A stretch of 64,000 nt of DNA, taken from an uncultured Candidatus Saccharibacteria bacterium. Its GTDB lineage: Bacteria; Patescibacteriota; Saccharimonadia; Saccharimonadales; Saccharimonadaceae. The DNA lies in NCBI GenBank assembly GCA_964619585.1, contig CAZUCO010000003.1, positions 11,304-75,303 on the forward strand, given 5' to 3'. The notes under the pieces are model-generated. The model made no database searches and was not told the DNA's origin. It saw nothing but the letters and a program-made list of their open reading frames with translations. Every line of letters starts with the position of its first letter. Within the stretch, counting starts at the first letter, position 1. Both the position numbers and the translations under genes were made by a program. Shown in pieces: positions 35,907 to 42,871 of this stretch.

Positions 35907-36196
35907 GTTGGTCCTTCCGGTAGGTAGGATGAATCGTAGAGCCTGAAAGTTAAATGTGCCCCCGCGGAAAGCGGAATTACATCAACGCTTCCAGGACACT
36001 GCGATCCATACGGTGTACAGATTACCTAAATTATCTCATAAAGCTACACAAATAGAAAGCACAAGTAGTTTGATTATTCAAGGATTAAATCTACAACGAA
36101 GCTGTGGATACTTATTCAGATCACTTAACAAATAAGCCAAATCCCCTTACGCTTCATTGGATACGAACGGATATGGTGATCCTACCCCTGTTTTGT

Positions 36197-36202
36197 TATA
36201 AT
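36197..36202 (+). promoter_or_regulatory. Extended -10 promoter of ychF (leaderless or near-leaderless)
   Basis: TGTTATAAT, with only 8 nt between the -10 element and the ATG at 36211. No SD is present. Confidence 0.5.
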
Positions 36203-36210
36203 ACTCACAT

Positions 36211-37290
36211 ATGTCACTCTCGATCGGCATCGTAGGTCTCCCCAACGTCGGCAAGTCGACGCTTTTTAATGCGCTTACTAATAGCGAGATTTTGGCCGCC
36301 AACTATCCATTCGCTACGATCGAGCCAAATACTGGTATCGTGCCAGTGCCCGACGAGCGACTCAACGTCCTGAAAGATATATATAACTCTGAGAAGATCC
36401 TCCCTGCAACAGTCACATTTGTTGACATTGCCGGTCTGGTGGCAGGTGCAAGCAAAGGAGAAGGTCTCGGCAACAAATTTCTCGCCAATATTCGTCAGTG
36501 TGATGCGATTGTACACATCGTACGTGCTTTTCATAGCAGCGATATCCTCCGGCACGACGACAGTGAGGTAAACCCCGAAGCAGATATTGAGATCATCAAT
36601 ACCGAGCTTATCTTGGCCGATCTAGAAACACTGCAAAAACGCGTACCTGCCCTGCAAAAAGAAGCCAAGGCCAAACCAGCCGCACGTGAAAAACTCAGCT
36701 ACCTCGAGAGTCTTATCCGTCATCTCGAGACAGGCACGCCACTATCTGGCCTCCCTTCTCTTGATACTGAAGCAATCGCAGACCTCCACCTTCTAACCGC
36801 CAAGCCGGTTATCTACGCATTCAATGTTGACGAGGCGACACTGGTTGATAGCGAAGCACAGGCAAAGTTAAACACTCTCGTGGCGCCAGCCCGAACACTT
36901 TTTGTGTGCGCCAAGCTCGAAGAAGAACTCAAAGGCCTCGATGAAAGCGATGCCAAAGAACTGCTTGAGAGCTATGGAGTAGAAGATACTGGTCTTGTAC
37001 AGATGATCCATGCCGCATATGAGACGCTGGGACTACAAAGCTATCTGACTGCCGGACCAAAGGAAGTGCGAGCTTGGACGATCAAGCGAGGCTACACTGC
37101 ACCACAAGCTGCAGGGGTGATCCACACTGATTTTGAACGAGGTTTTATTGCTGCACAAATTGTTGATTATGATGATCTCGTGACTGCCGGCAGCGAACAA
37201 GCAGCCAAGGCAGCTGGAAAAGTACGCACTGAGGGCAAAGACTATGTCATGCAGCCCGGCGATGTCGTAGAATTCAGATTTAACGTTTAA
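36211..37290 (+). CDS. ychF: Ribosome-binding ATPase YchF (Obg-family)
   Basis: IGIVGLPNVGKSTLFNALT, a C-terminal TGS-like domain (VRAWTIKRGYTAPQAAGVIHTDFERGFI) and normal GC (31/60 in 36241-36300). Confidence 0.95.
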   Translation: MSLSIGIVGLPNVGKSTLFNALTNSEILAANYPFATIEPNTGIVPVPDERLNVLKDIYNSEKILPATVTFVDIAGLVAGASKGEGLGNKFLANIRQCDAIVHIVRAFHSSDILRHDDSEVNPEADIEIINTELILADLETLQKRVPALQKEAKAKPAAREKLSYLESLIRHLETGTPLSGLPSLDTEAIADLHLLTAKPVIYAFNVDEATLVDSEAQAKLNTLVAPARTLFVCAKLEEELKGLDESDAKELLESYGVEDTGLVQMIHAAYETLGLQSYLTAGPKEVRAWTIKRGYTAPQAAGVIHTDFERGFIAAQIVDYDDLVTAGSEQAAKAAGKVRTEGKDYVMQPGDVVEFRFNV

Positions 37291-37325
37291 GGAGGGGTTC
37301 ACCCGCCCCCTCCGTTTCATTTTTG
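37291..37325 (+). terminator. Intrinsic terminator of ychF
   Basis: GGAGGGG-ttcacccgc-CCCCTCC followed by GTTTCATTTTT. Confidence 0.65.
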
Positions 37326-37430
37326 GAGTAAATCCAAAAAATCACTCCACCCTCAAGTCTCCATCGCCTATGGCGACTGTCGACTTGCTCAGTTTACACT
37401 TCGTTATAAAAATTCTTTAGAAATTAAACT

Positions 37431-38392
37431 AGCGGAGCGTCCGCCAGAGCAGACCGGCCATTTCTGGCTGATCCACTCCGGCGAACACCCCGCGAACATC
37501 ACGACCCCGGCAGGCAGTACAGCCTGGCATCCTTCCGCGGAAGGCGGTACTTCCCGGTCGCAGTGATAGCCACCCGGAGGACCTGCTCACCGGGCGCCAG
37601 CTCATCGTCGAGCACGAGCACCAGATCACCGTCGCCGAAGCTGAGGTCGTAGCGTCGCACGACCACCTGACCGTTGGCCTGCTTGATCCGCACCCGGAAC
37701 TTCGACTTCGGCGTCAGGTTGACAGTACGGGGCCGCTCCTGCAGTGAGAAGTGGTACTCCCGGATCTGACACTCACCGGGCGGGATCGAGTTCGTCTTCC
37801 AGACGAACCGCTTGGTCCACCTGGCCGGCCGCCACCAGTCGAAGACGATCGGCTGCTTGGTCAGGGTCCGCTTGGTAGCCGGATCGATGACCAAGATGTA
37901 CCACTCGACACCACTCCCCCGCTTGATCGCGGGGAGGTGGTACACCATGGCCGTGTTGGCCAGTTGAGGAACGGTGAGATCGTCAGGACCGAAGTCGCTC
38001 TCCGATACACCGAACGCGAGCTGGACGGAGTAGTCGCCGGTGACCACCCGCACACGCGGGCGGCCTTTCCGGTCAACTTTCATCGGTACCAGCACGTCGG
38101 GGAGATGGGACGAGTCGTCGGTAGCCGACGACACCGCAGCCACCTTGGCCATGATCACTGGCTGGCCCGTCTCACGCAGAGACGAACACATTGCAACCAG
38201 TAGCGCTGCTACAAGCAACAACGCTCCGATCATGGTGAGGCGAATCTTGGTTGAGCGAGTCATCACTGACTCACCACCTTTCTTGGGTGTTGAGGGGGAA
38301 GGTGATGTAAAAACGCGCTCAGAAAAACTTCCGAGCACTTCTTTGCGCGCGTTTACAGTCACGGCACAACGAGATTAATTATAGCATAATCT
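37431..38392. other. High-GC compositional island 2 (single-gene cassette)
   Basis: 36/60 G+C in 37921-37980. Shadow ORFs occur on both strands. Imperfect direct repeats, TTCTTTAGAAATTAAA (37412-37427) and TCTTTTAGAAAGTAAA (38390-38405), lie at the edges. Confidence 0.7.
37499..38263 (-). CDS. Membrane-anchored / lipoprotein-like exported protein of unknown function (high-GC, foreign-looking)
   Basis: The start is at MTRSTKIRLTMIGALLLVAALLVAMCSS. The SD AAAGGTGGTGA lies 7 nt upstream. Codon usage is G/C3-rich. The track's longer start at 38362 has no SD. Confidence 0.65.
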   Translation of the reverse strand: MTRSTKIRLTMIGALLLVAALLVAMCSSLRETGQPVIMAKVAAVSSATDDSSHLPDVLVPMKVDRKGRPRVRVVTGDYSVQLAFGVSESDFGPDDLTVPQLANTAMVYHLPAIKRGSGVEWYILVIDPATKRTLTKQPIVFDWWRPARWTKRFVWKTNSIPPGECQIREYHFSLQERPRTVNLTPKSKFRVRIKQANGQVVVRRYDLSFGDGDLVLVLDDELAPGEQVLRVAITATGKYRLPRKDARLYCLPGS

Positions 38393-38423
38393 TTTAGAAA
38401 GTAAATATATGGAAAAGGTCCGG

Positions 38424-38456
38424 CATCTCGTCTCGCAACAAGACGAACGAGATGCT
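38424..38456 (-). terminator. Hairpin terminator after tlyA
   Basis: GCATCTCGT...ACGAGATGC overlaps the stop and is followed on the minus strand by CGGACCTTTTCC. Confidence 0.5.
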
Positions 38457-39168
38457 AAACGATTCTCAGAAGATAGAACCGCTCTCGATTACCCTTAGCG
38501 CCGGCAACTTCACTATCCTTTTTGTCTATAGTCATAAAGTAACGCTTCGACCAAGCTTCAAAATCGCGCAAGATAGCACGACGAACTGCATCGTTTTTGA
38601 TAACACCTTTGTTGATCTGCTCCTTACCAGCCTCAAACTGCGGCTTCAGCATAGCAACTATCTTCGTATCACGATTAGAGATTGCAGCAATGTGAGGCAA
38701 AATCTCGCGTAAACTGATAAAGCTCACATCCATAACGACCACGTCTGGAGGTACAGCAGGAGTAAAGTCCCGAATGTCCGTCTTTTCATGAAGCTCGATT
38801 CGCTTGTCACCACGGAGACTCGGATGAAGCTGCTCGGTGCCAACATCGACAGCAATCGACTTAGTTGCCCCGTGTTGCAAAGCATAGTCCGTAAATCCGC
38901 CCGTGCTACTTCCCACGTCGAGAATCACTTTACCACCAAAATCTACTCCGAGTGCTTCCGCAACACTTGCAAGCTTGAGACCTGCTCTACTAACATATCG
39001 CTCACTGGCCGTAAGCTTTACGGCAATCTCTTTATCTACCATATATCCTGGCTTTGTCACTGTTTTATTATTGACCATCACCTGACCAAGCCGTATCAGA
39101 TTAGCCGCCTGTGAACGTGACTGAACAAGTTGTTTCGTGACGAGCAGTTCATCGAGCCGTTGTCTCAT
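38455..39168 (-). CDS. tlyA: TlyA-family rRNA 2'-O-methyltransferase
   Basis: N-terminal S4 domain (RLDELLVTKQLVQSRSQAANLIRLGQVMVN) and an FtsJ-type SAM motif (ILDVGSSTGGFTD). Confidence 0.85.
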   Translation of the reverse strand: MRQRLDELLVTKQLVQSRSQAANLIRLGQVMVNNKTVTKPGYMVDKEIAVKLTASERYVSRAGLKLASVAEALGVDFGGKVILDVGSSTGGFTDYALQHGATKSIAVDVGTEQLHPSLRGDKRIELHEKTDIRDFTPAVPPDVVVMDVSFISLREILPHIAAISNRDTKIVAMLKPQFEAGKEQINKGVIKNDAVRRAILRDFEAWSKRYFMTIDKKDSEVAGAKGNRERFYLLRIV

Positions 39169-40895
39169 GGGTACATAATCCTCTCAATATCTCTAGTAAT
39201 CTCGGCAATTTTAGCATACGAATACCCCTTGGTCATTACCACAATAACGTACGTCCCTTTAGGATGACGAACGATTGCAGCATCATGTACATAATCCCAC
39301 AAAAAACCAACTTTGTCGTAAACAGTGCCACCAGCACCAGCTGGAACACCAGATCTATATGGATGTACACTGAGCGAGTGCAGCAGGCGGTCACGTTGAC
39401 TCGCCGACATCAGACTTCCCTGCTCAAGCCTCGTCATATAGTTCATCAAGTCGCCAGCAGTCGTATGATTTGCAGTAGGGTTTGTAAATGTAGTTCCTCT
39501 CGAAAAGCCCTGCCCCCAGATAAATGCGTTTAGTTTGTCTCGTCCAGCTTGCTTGATCCACGCCTCAGCACAAGGGTTGGTGCTTGCAATCGTCATCCGA
39601 TCAAAACAGCCAGACACGGTCGTGTCCAACCACGGATCACCCCAATGTATCTTACCTTTGTTCATCTGATCAAACAGCCACAATGCCACATAGAGTTTGT
39701 ACGTACTTGCGCTCACCGTACTTTCATAAGCACGGCCACCCGCTGTCCATCCCTTACCACCGAGCTGTTTAACTGCTATACGAATATTCTGTGTACTCGT
39801 CGTGTACTGAACATACGCCGACAGACCAGCCTGCGACGAACTATAGCGACGTTCATACACCTCTGGAGACGGAACTGAAACTAACAATACATCAAGTGCA
39901 ACGCTTGGCTCTCCACTCTCTATCGCATTAGTTAGTTTACGAGCCAAGTCTTCTGCATTGACGGCTTGGCCAAGCTTGCCCTTTTGACGTGTGCTCACAG
40001 CCCCATCGACCAGAACAACTCGCGTTGGTGTAGGTTGTTTGCCCATCTTTGCCGTTAGACCAGAAGCATAGGCCTTTAGTGCTGATTGATTAATGGAAAG
40101 CAGATAATGATCGCCTTCACGCTTCACCACCAACCAAGAAATGATCGCCTTCTTATCAGGTATGATCTTTACACCATTTGGTGCGAGTAATTGATACGAG
40201 CGAGTAATGATTGTCTCAGCCTTGTGTTTGATAGGTTCGACAGCACTGTCCGATACAGTTGGCGCCTGCTTCGATGACGGCACCGTAACCTTTGTTTCGC
40301 CCAGATGAAAGCGCGCACCAGTCAGTGCCGCAGTAACACTATCGACTGTGACTTTTTGGCCGTCTTTCGCTGCTGTCACGACTAGCTGATTATTCTTGAT
40401 GGCTAAGCTCGCATCTTTAGGTGGTGTTGATAGCAACGCAGCAAGCTTTTTGGCACTAGCCCCCAGCTGCTCAGACGCAAATACTACCTTATATTCATCC
40501 ACTACGGGTCGCTGCCAAAACACAGACAAAGGAATCAGCCGTTGCGTCAGTGGATAATCTATTAGGCCCTGGACTTGACTGTCGACATCAACTGATGCAC
40601 CTGCAACACTGAGTAATTGCGTTGTTTCTGTTGAAGATGTCGTAAGTCGGACACTACTCTGCTGGAATTTCTTCTGTAAATCAGCCGCTAGCTTGACCTT
40701 ACTCACACCGCCGACGGAACGACCAGCAAGCGATGCATATGGTACGGCAACGTGGTCCGGATAGCATAGTTGCCACACAACCTGTCCGCCAGCCAAAACC
40801 AGCAGCACACAAACAGGAACCAACCAGTATCGTTTCTTCCAATGATGTTGTCGTGTTGGTTTTGTTAGCTGCAGAGCTCGCTGCTTAGCGCTCAT
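39165..40895 (-). CDS. Membrane-anchored serine hydrolase (class A beta-lactamase / PBP-like C-terminal domain)
   Basis: N-terminal TM helix. The C-terminal domain carries STYK (SxxK), STN (SxN) and DKVG (KTG-like). A 4-nt overlap with tlyA suggests an operon. Confidence 0.55.
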   Translation of the reverse strand: MSAKQRALQLTKPTRQHHWKKRYWLVPVCVLLVLAGGQVVWQLCYPDHVAVPYASLAGRSVGGVSKVKLAADLQKKFQQSSVRLTTSSTETTQLLSVAGASVDVDSQVQGLIDYPLTQRLIPLSVFWQRPVVDEYKVVFASEQLGASAKKLAALLSTPPKDASLAIKNNQLVVTAAKDGQKVTVDSVTAALTGARFHLGETKVTVPSSKQAPTVSDSAVEPIKHKAETIITRSYQLLAPNGVKIIPDKKAIISWLVVKREGDHYLLSINQSALKAYASGLTAKMGKQPTPTRVVLVDGAVSTRQKGKLGQAVNAEDLARKLTNAIESGEPSVALDVLLVSVPSPEVYERRYSSSQAGLSAYVQYTTSTQNIRIAVKQLGGKGWTAGGRAYESTVSASTYKLYVALWLFDQMNKGKIHWGDPWLDTTVSGCFDRMTIASTNPCAEAWIKQAGRDKLNAFIWGQGFSRGTTFTNPTANHTTAGDLMNYMTRLEQGSLMSASQRDRLLHSLSVHPYRSGVPAGAGGTVYDKVGFLWDYVHDAAIVRHPKGTYVIVVMTKGYSYAKIAEITRDIERIMYP

Positions 40896-40937
40896 AGCAC
40901 TATTGTAACAAACCTTGCAACCTGCCAAGAAGTACTG

Positions 40938-41498
40938 CTATTTCTTTCGCTCTCGGTACTCACCTGTTGAGGTATCGACACTGACGATGTCACCCGTCTT
41001 GATAAATGCCGGCACACGAATAGTAAGGCCAGTTTCAAGCGTAGCGTCCTTCATTACCGCGCTTGTTGTGTCACCTTTTACGACATCTTCTGCGTATGTC
41101 ACTTCAAGGTATAGATTCTTGGGAAGTTCTACATTGATTACACGCTCACCGAAGAACTGCAGCCCAAGCATATCGCCTTCTTTCAGGTAGTTCGATGCAC
41201 TGTCGACAATAGAGCGTGAGAGCTCAAATTGCTCAAAGCTTTCAGGATCCATAAAGAAAAAGGTGTCACCATCGCTGTACAAATACTGAACACTTTTTGT
41301 ACTCACATCTGCCGGCTCAATCTTGTCTTGCCCCTTAAATGTCTTGGGGATCAGACTCCCATCAAGTAAATTCTTGAGCTTCACGTTCACAATCGAACCG
41401 CCGCGACCCATGACTTTTTGGCCATACTCAACGACTCGATATGGGATGCCGTCTATCTGACAGACTGTGCCTTTTTTTAGATCAGTTGGCTGGTACAT
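40938..41498 (-). CDS. efp: Elongation factor P
   Basis: MYQPTDLKKGTVCQIDGIPYRVVEYGQKVMGRGGSIVNVKLKNL is a canonical EF-P. Confidence 0.9.
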   Translation of the reverse strand: MYQPTDLKKGTVCQIDGIPYRVVEYGQKVMGRGGSIVNVKLKNLLDGSLIPKTFKGQDKIEPADVSTKSVQYLYSDGDTFFFMDPESFEQFELSRSIVDSASNYLKEGDMLGLQFFGERVINVELPKNLYLEVTYAEDVVKGDTTSAVMKDATLETGLTIRVPAFIKTGDIVSVDTSTGEYRERKK

Positions 41499-41501
41499 AC
41501 G

Positions 41502-41744
41502 TTACTCTCCTGCGTTATGCTTTTTATGCCGAGTTGCAATTTTTACCCCTACCCCTATAGTTATTAGCCCCATCATCCCAAGCACTGACGTAGCAAGATA
41601 ATCTGGGTGACCTTTGGGGGTGCTTGGAGCTTCTGGGATAGCAACTCTCGGCTGTTCAGCGGAATCAAACCCCTGCTCGTCGATATTGCCAGCGGTATCC
41701 GGGTAGCTGCCATCTCCGGGCTCTACACTTTCCGGTGCAACCAT
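41502..41744 (-). CDS. Small acidic protein with a C-terminal TM anchor (tail-anchored)
   Basis: 80 aa. The N-terminal part is acidic and Pro-rich, followed by VLGMMGLITIGVGVKIA and then RHKKHNAGE. It is tightly packed between rpsR and efp. Confidence 0.45.
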   Translation of the reverse strand: MVAPESVEPGDGSYPDTAGNIDEQGFDSAEQPRVAIPEAPSTPKGHPDYLATSVLGMMGLITIGVGVKIATRHKKHNAGE

Positions 41745-41750
41745 ACTACG

Positions 41751-41951
41751 TTATCCCTGAGTGACAAATGGTAGTAGCGCAAGATGACGCGCACGCTTGA
41801 TTGCAACAGCAAGCTGACGTTGCTGTTTGATACTGAGGCCAGTTTTTGAAATTGGCTCGATCTGCCCATATGCGTTGATATAGCGCTGTAGGGTCTTTAC
41901 GTCTTTGTAATCAAAGTAAGTTACTTTGTCTTTCTTGTATCGTTTCATCAT
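41751..41951 (-). CDS. rpsR: 30S ribosomal protein S18
   Basis: [50 protein letters not shown]. Confidence 0.9.
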   Translation of the reverse strand: MMKRYKKDKVTYFDYKDVKTLQRYINAYGQIEPISKTGLSIKQQRQLAVAIKRARHLALLPFVTQG

Positions 41952-41969
41952 ATCTCCTCAACCATCCTC

Positions 41970-42410
41970 TTAGAATGGGATTTCACTTAAATCAATTGGT
42001 TTATCATCAATGTCACTTGGAGCAACATCTTTTTGTGCTGCAGGGCGCGGCGCACTTGATGTTGATGAGCTAGCACCAGCATCGCCGCCATTTGGTCCAT
42101 CAAGAAATGTTACATCAGTTGCAACAACCTCGATGCGTGAGCGCTTTTTGCCAGTCTCTTTGTCATCCCAGCTATCTTGGCGAAGACGACCTTGCACAAG
42201 ACAGCGGCGTCCCTTTGATAGGTATTGGTTTACGAGCTCACCAAGCTTCTCCCACGCTGTCACGTCAAAGAAGTCCGCCTGGTCATCTGCACCAGCCCGG
42301 TCAACCGCAAGGCTAAAGCTTGCAATAGTTTTCCCTGTAGTCGTTGTGCGCATCTCTGGGTCGCGTGTGAGACGTCCCATCAATATCACTTGGTTGATGC
42401 TCTTTGCCAT
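41970..42410 (-). CDS. ssb: Single-stranded DNA-binding protein
   Basis: OB fold (INQVILMGRLTRDPEMR) and an acidic tail ending DLSEIPF. Confidence 0.9.
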   Translation of the reverse strand: MAKSINQVILMGRLTRDPEMRTTTTGKTIASFSLAVDRAGADDQADFFDVTAWEKLGELVNQYLSKGRRCLVQGRLRQDSWDDKETGKKRSRIEVVATDVTFLDGPNGGDAGASSSTSSAPRPAAQKDVAPSDIDDKPIDLSEIPF

Positions 42411-42415
42411 ACCCT

Positions 42416-42763
42416 CTACTCCTCTTCTGATTCGTTTTCAGCTGACTTTGCCTGTGCAGCTGCAAGCTTGTTACGTTCTTTCTCTTCAACTTTCACGAGA
42501 AGATGACGCATGACGTCATCAGTAATCGTAAGCGCATTAGTAATCTTCTGTGGTGCATCTGCTGGAAGTTTCACATCTAGTAGTACATAGACAGCAAATT
42601 CTTCTTTGTTTACTGAGTAAGCAAGTCGCTTCTTGCCCCAGTTGTTCTCTTTAACAACCTCACCACCGTGTGTTGTGACGAGATCGCGTACTTTCGCAAG
42701 GCTTTTTTCAAGATCAGCCTCAAGATCTGGGTGAATAAGAACTGTTAGCTCGTATTCTCGCAT
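42416..42763 (-). CDS. rpsF: 30S ribosomal protein S6
   Basis: MREYELTVLIHPDLE...WGKKRLAY is a canonical S6. Confidence 0.9.
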   Translation of the reverse strand: MREYELTVLIHPDLEADLEKSLAKVRDLVTTHGGEVVKENNWGKKRLAYSVNKEEFAVYVLLDVKLPADAPQKITNALTITDDVMRHLLVKVEEKERNKLAAAQAKSAENESEEE

Positions 42764-42871
42764 AGTTTTCCTCCTCTGGAATCCTTATGGATGTTTACGC
42801 TCAAACGTAAACTGAGTTGATAACTATGCTATTTTACCATAACTACCTCGAGAACACTAGTCCGACTACGC

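Larger units (their letters stand above)
35143..35948. other. High-GC compositional island 1 (single-gene cassette)
   Basis: There is an abrupt GC shift: 39/60 G+C in 35281-35340 versus 28/60 in 34981-35040. Multi-frame shadow ORFs are present. CCTGAAA occurs at both edges. Confidence 0.75.

Noticed and set aside
35199-35927. 242-aa plus-strand ORF (also 35149-35460 + and 35411-35743 -). It is longer than the minus-strand gene I called.
   Set aside because: Its translation has L/R/G/V/D-rich shadow-ORF composition and no SD or targeting signal. The G/C third-position periodicity belongs to the minus frame 35211-35906. Long stop-free antisense frames are expected in high-GC DNA.
35942-35948. 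CCTGAAA at both edges of island 1, considered as a target-site duplication.
   Set aside because: It is not rejected outright but is downgraded. A 7-mer match can occur by chance, and the compositional boundary on the right is fuzzy because a GC-rich hairpin, CCGC-tttcc-GCGG, lies just beyond it. It is mentioned only as weak supporting detail.
37751-38378. Plus-strand ORFs 37751-38203 and 38040-38378, and minus ORFs 37861-38076 and 37429-37629, in island 2.
   Set aside because: They are the same kind of shadow-frame artefact. They overlap the better-supported 37499-38263 minus gene, which has an SD, an N-terminal anchor and GC3 periodicity.
41502-41744. The C-terminus (DYLATSVLG, then a hydrophobic stretch, then RHKKH) resembles a sortase sorting signal, and a sortase gene lies at 57370-57990.
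   Set aside because: There is no N-terminal signal peptide and no LPXTG-type motif. It is better described as a tail-anchored protein.
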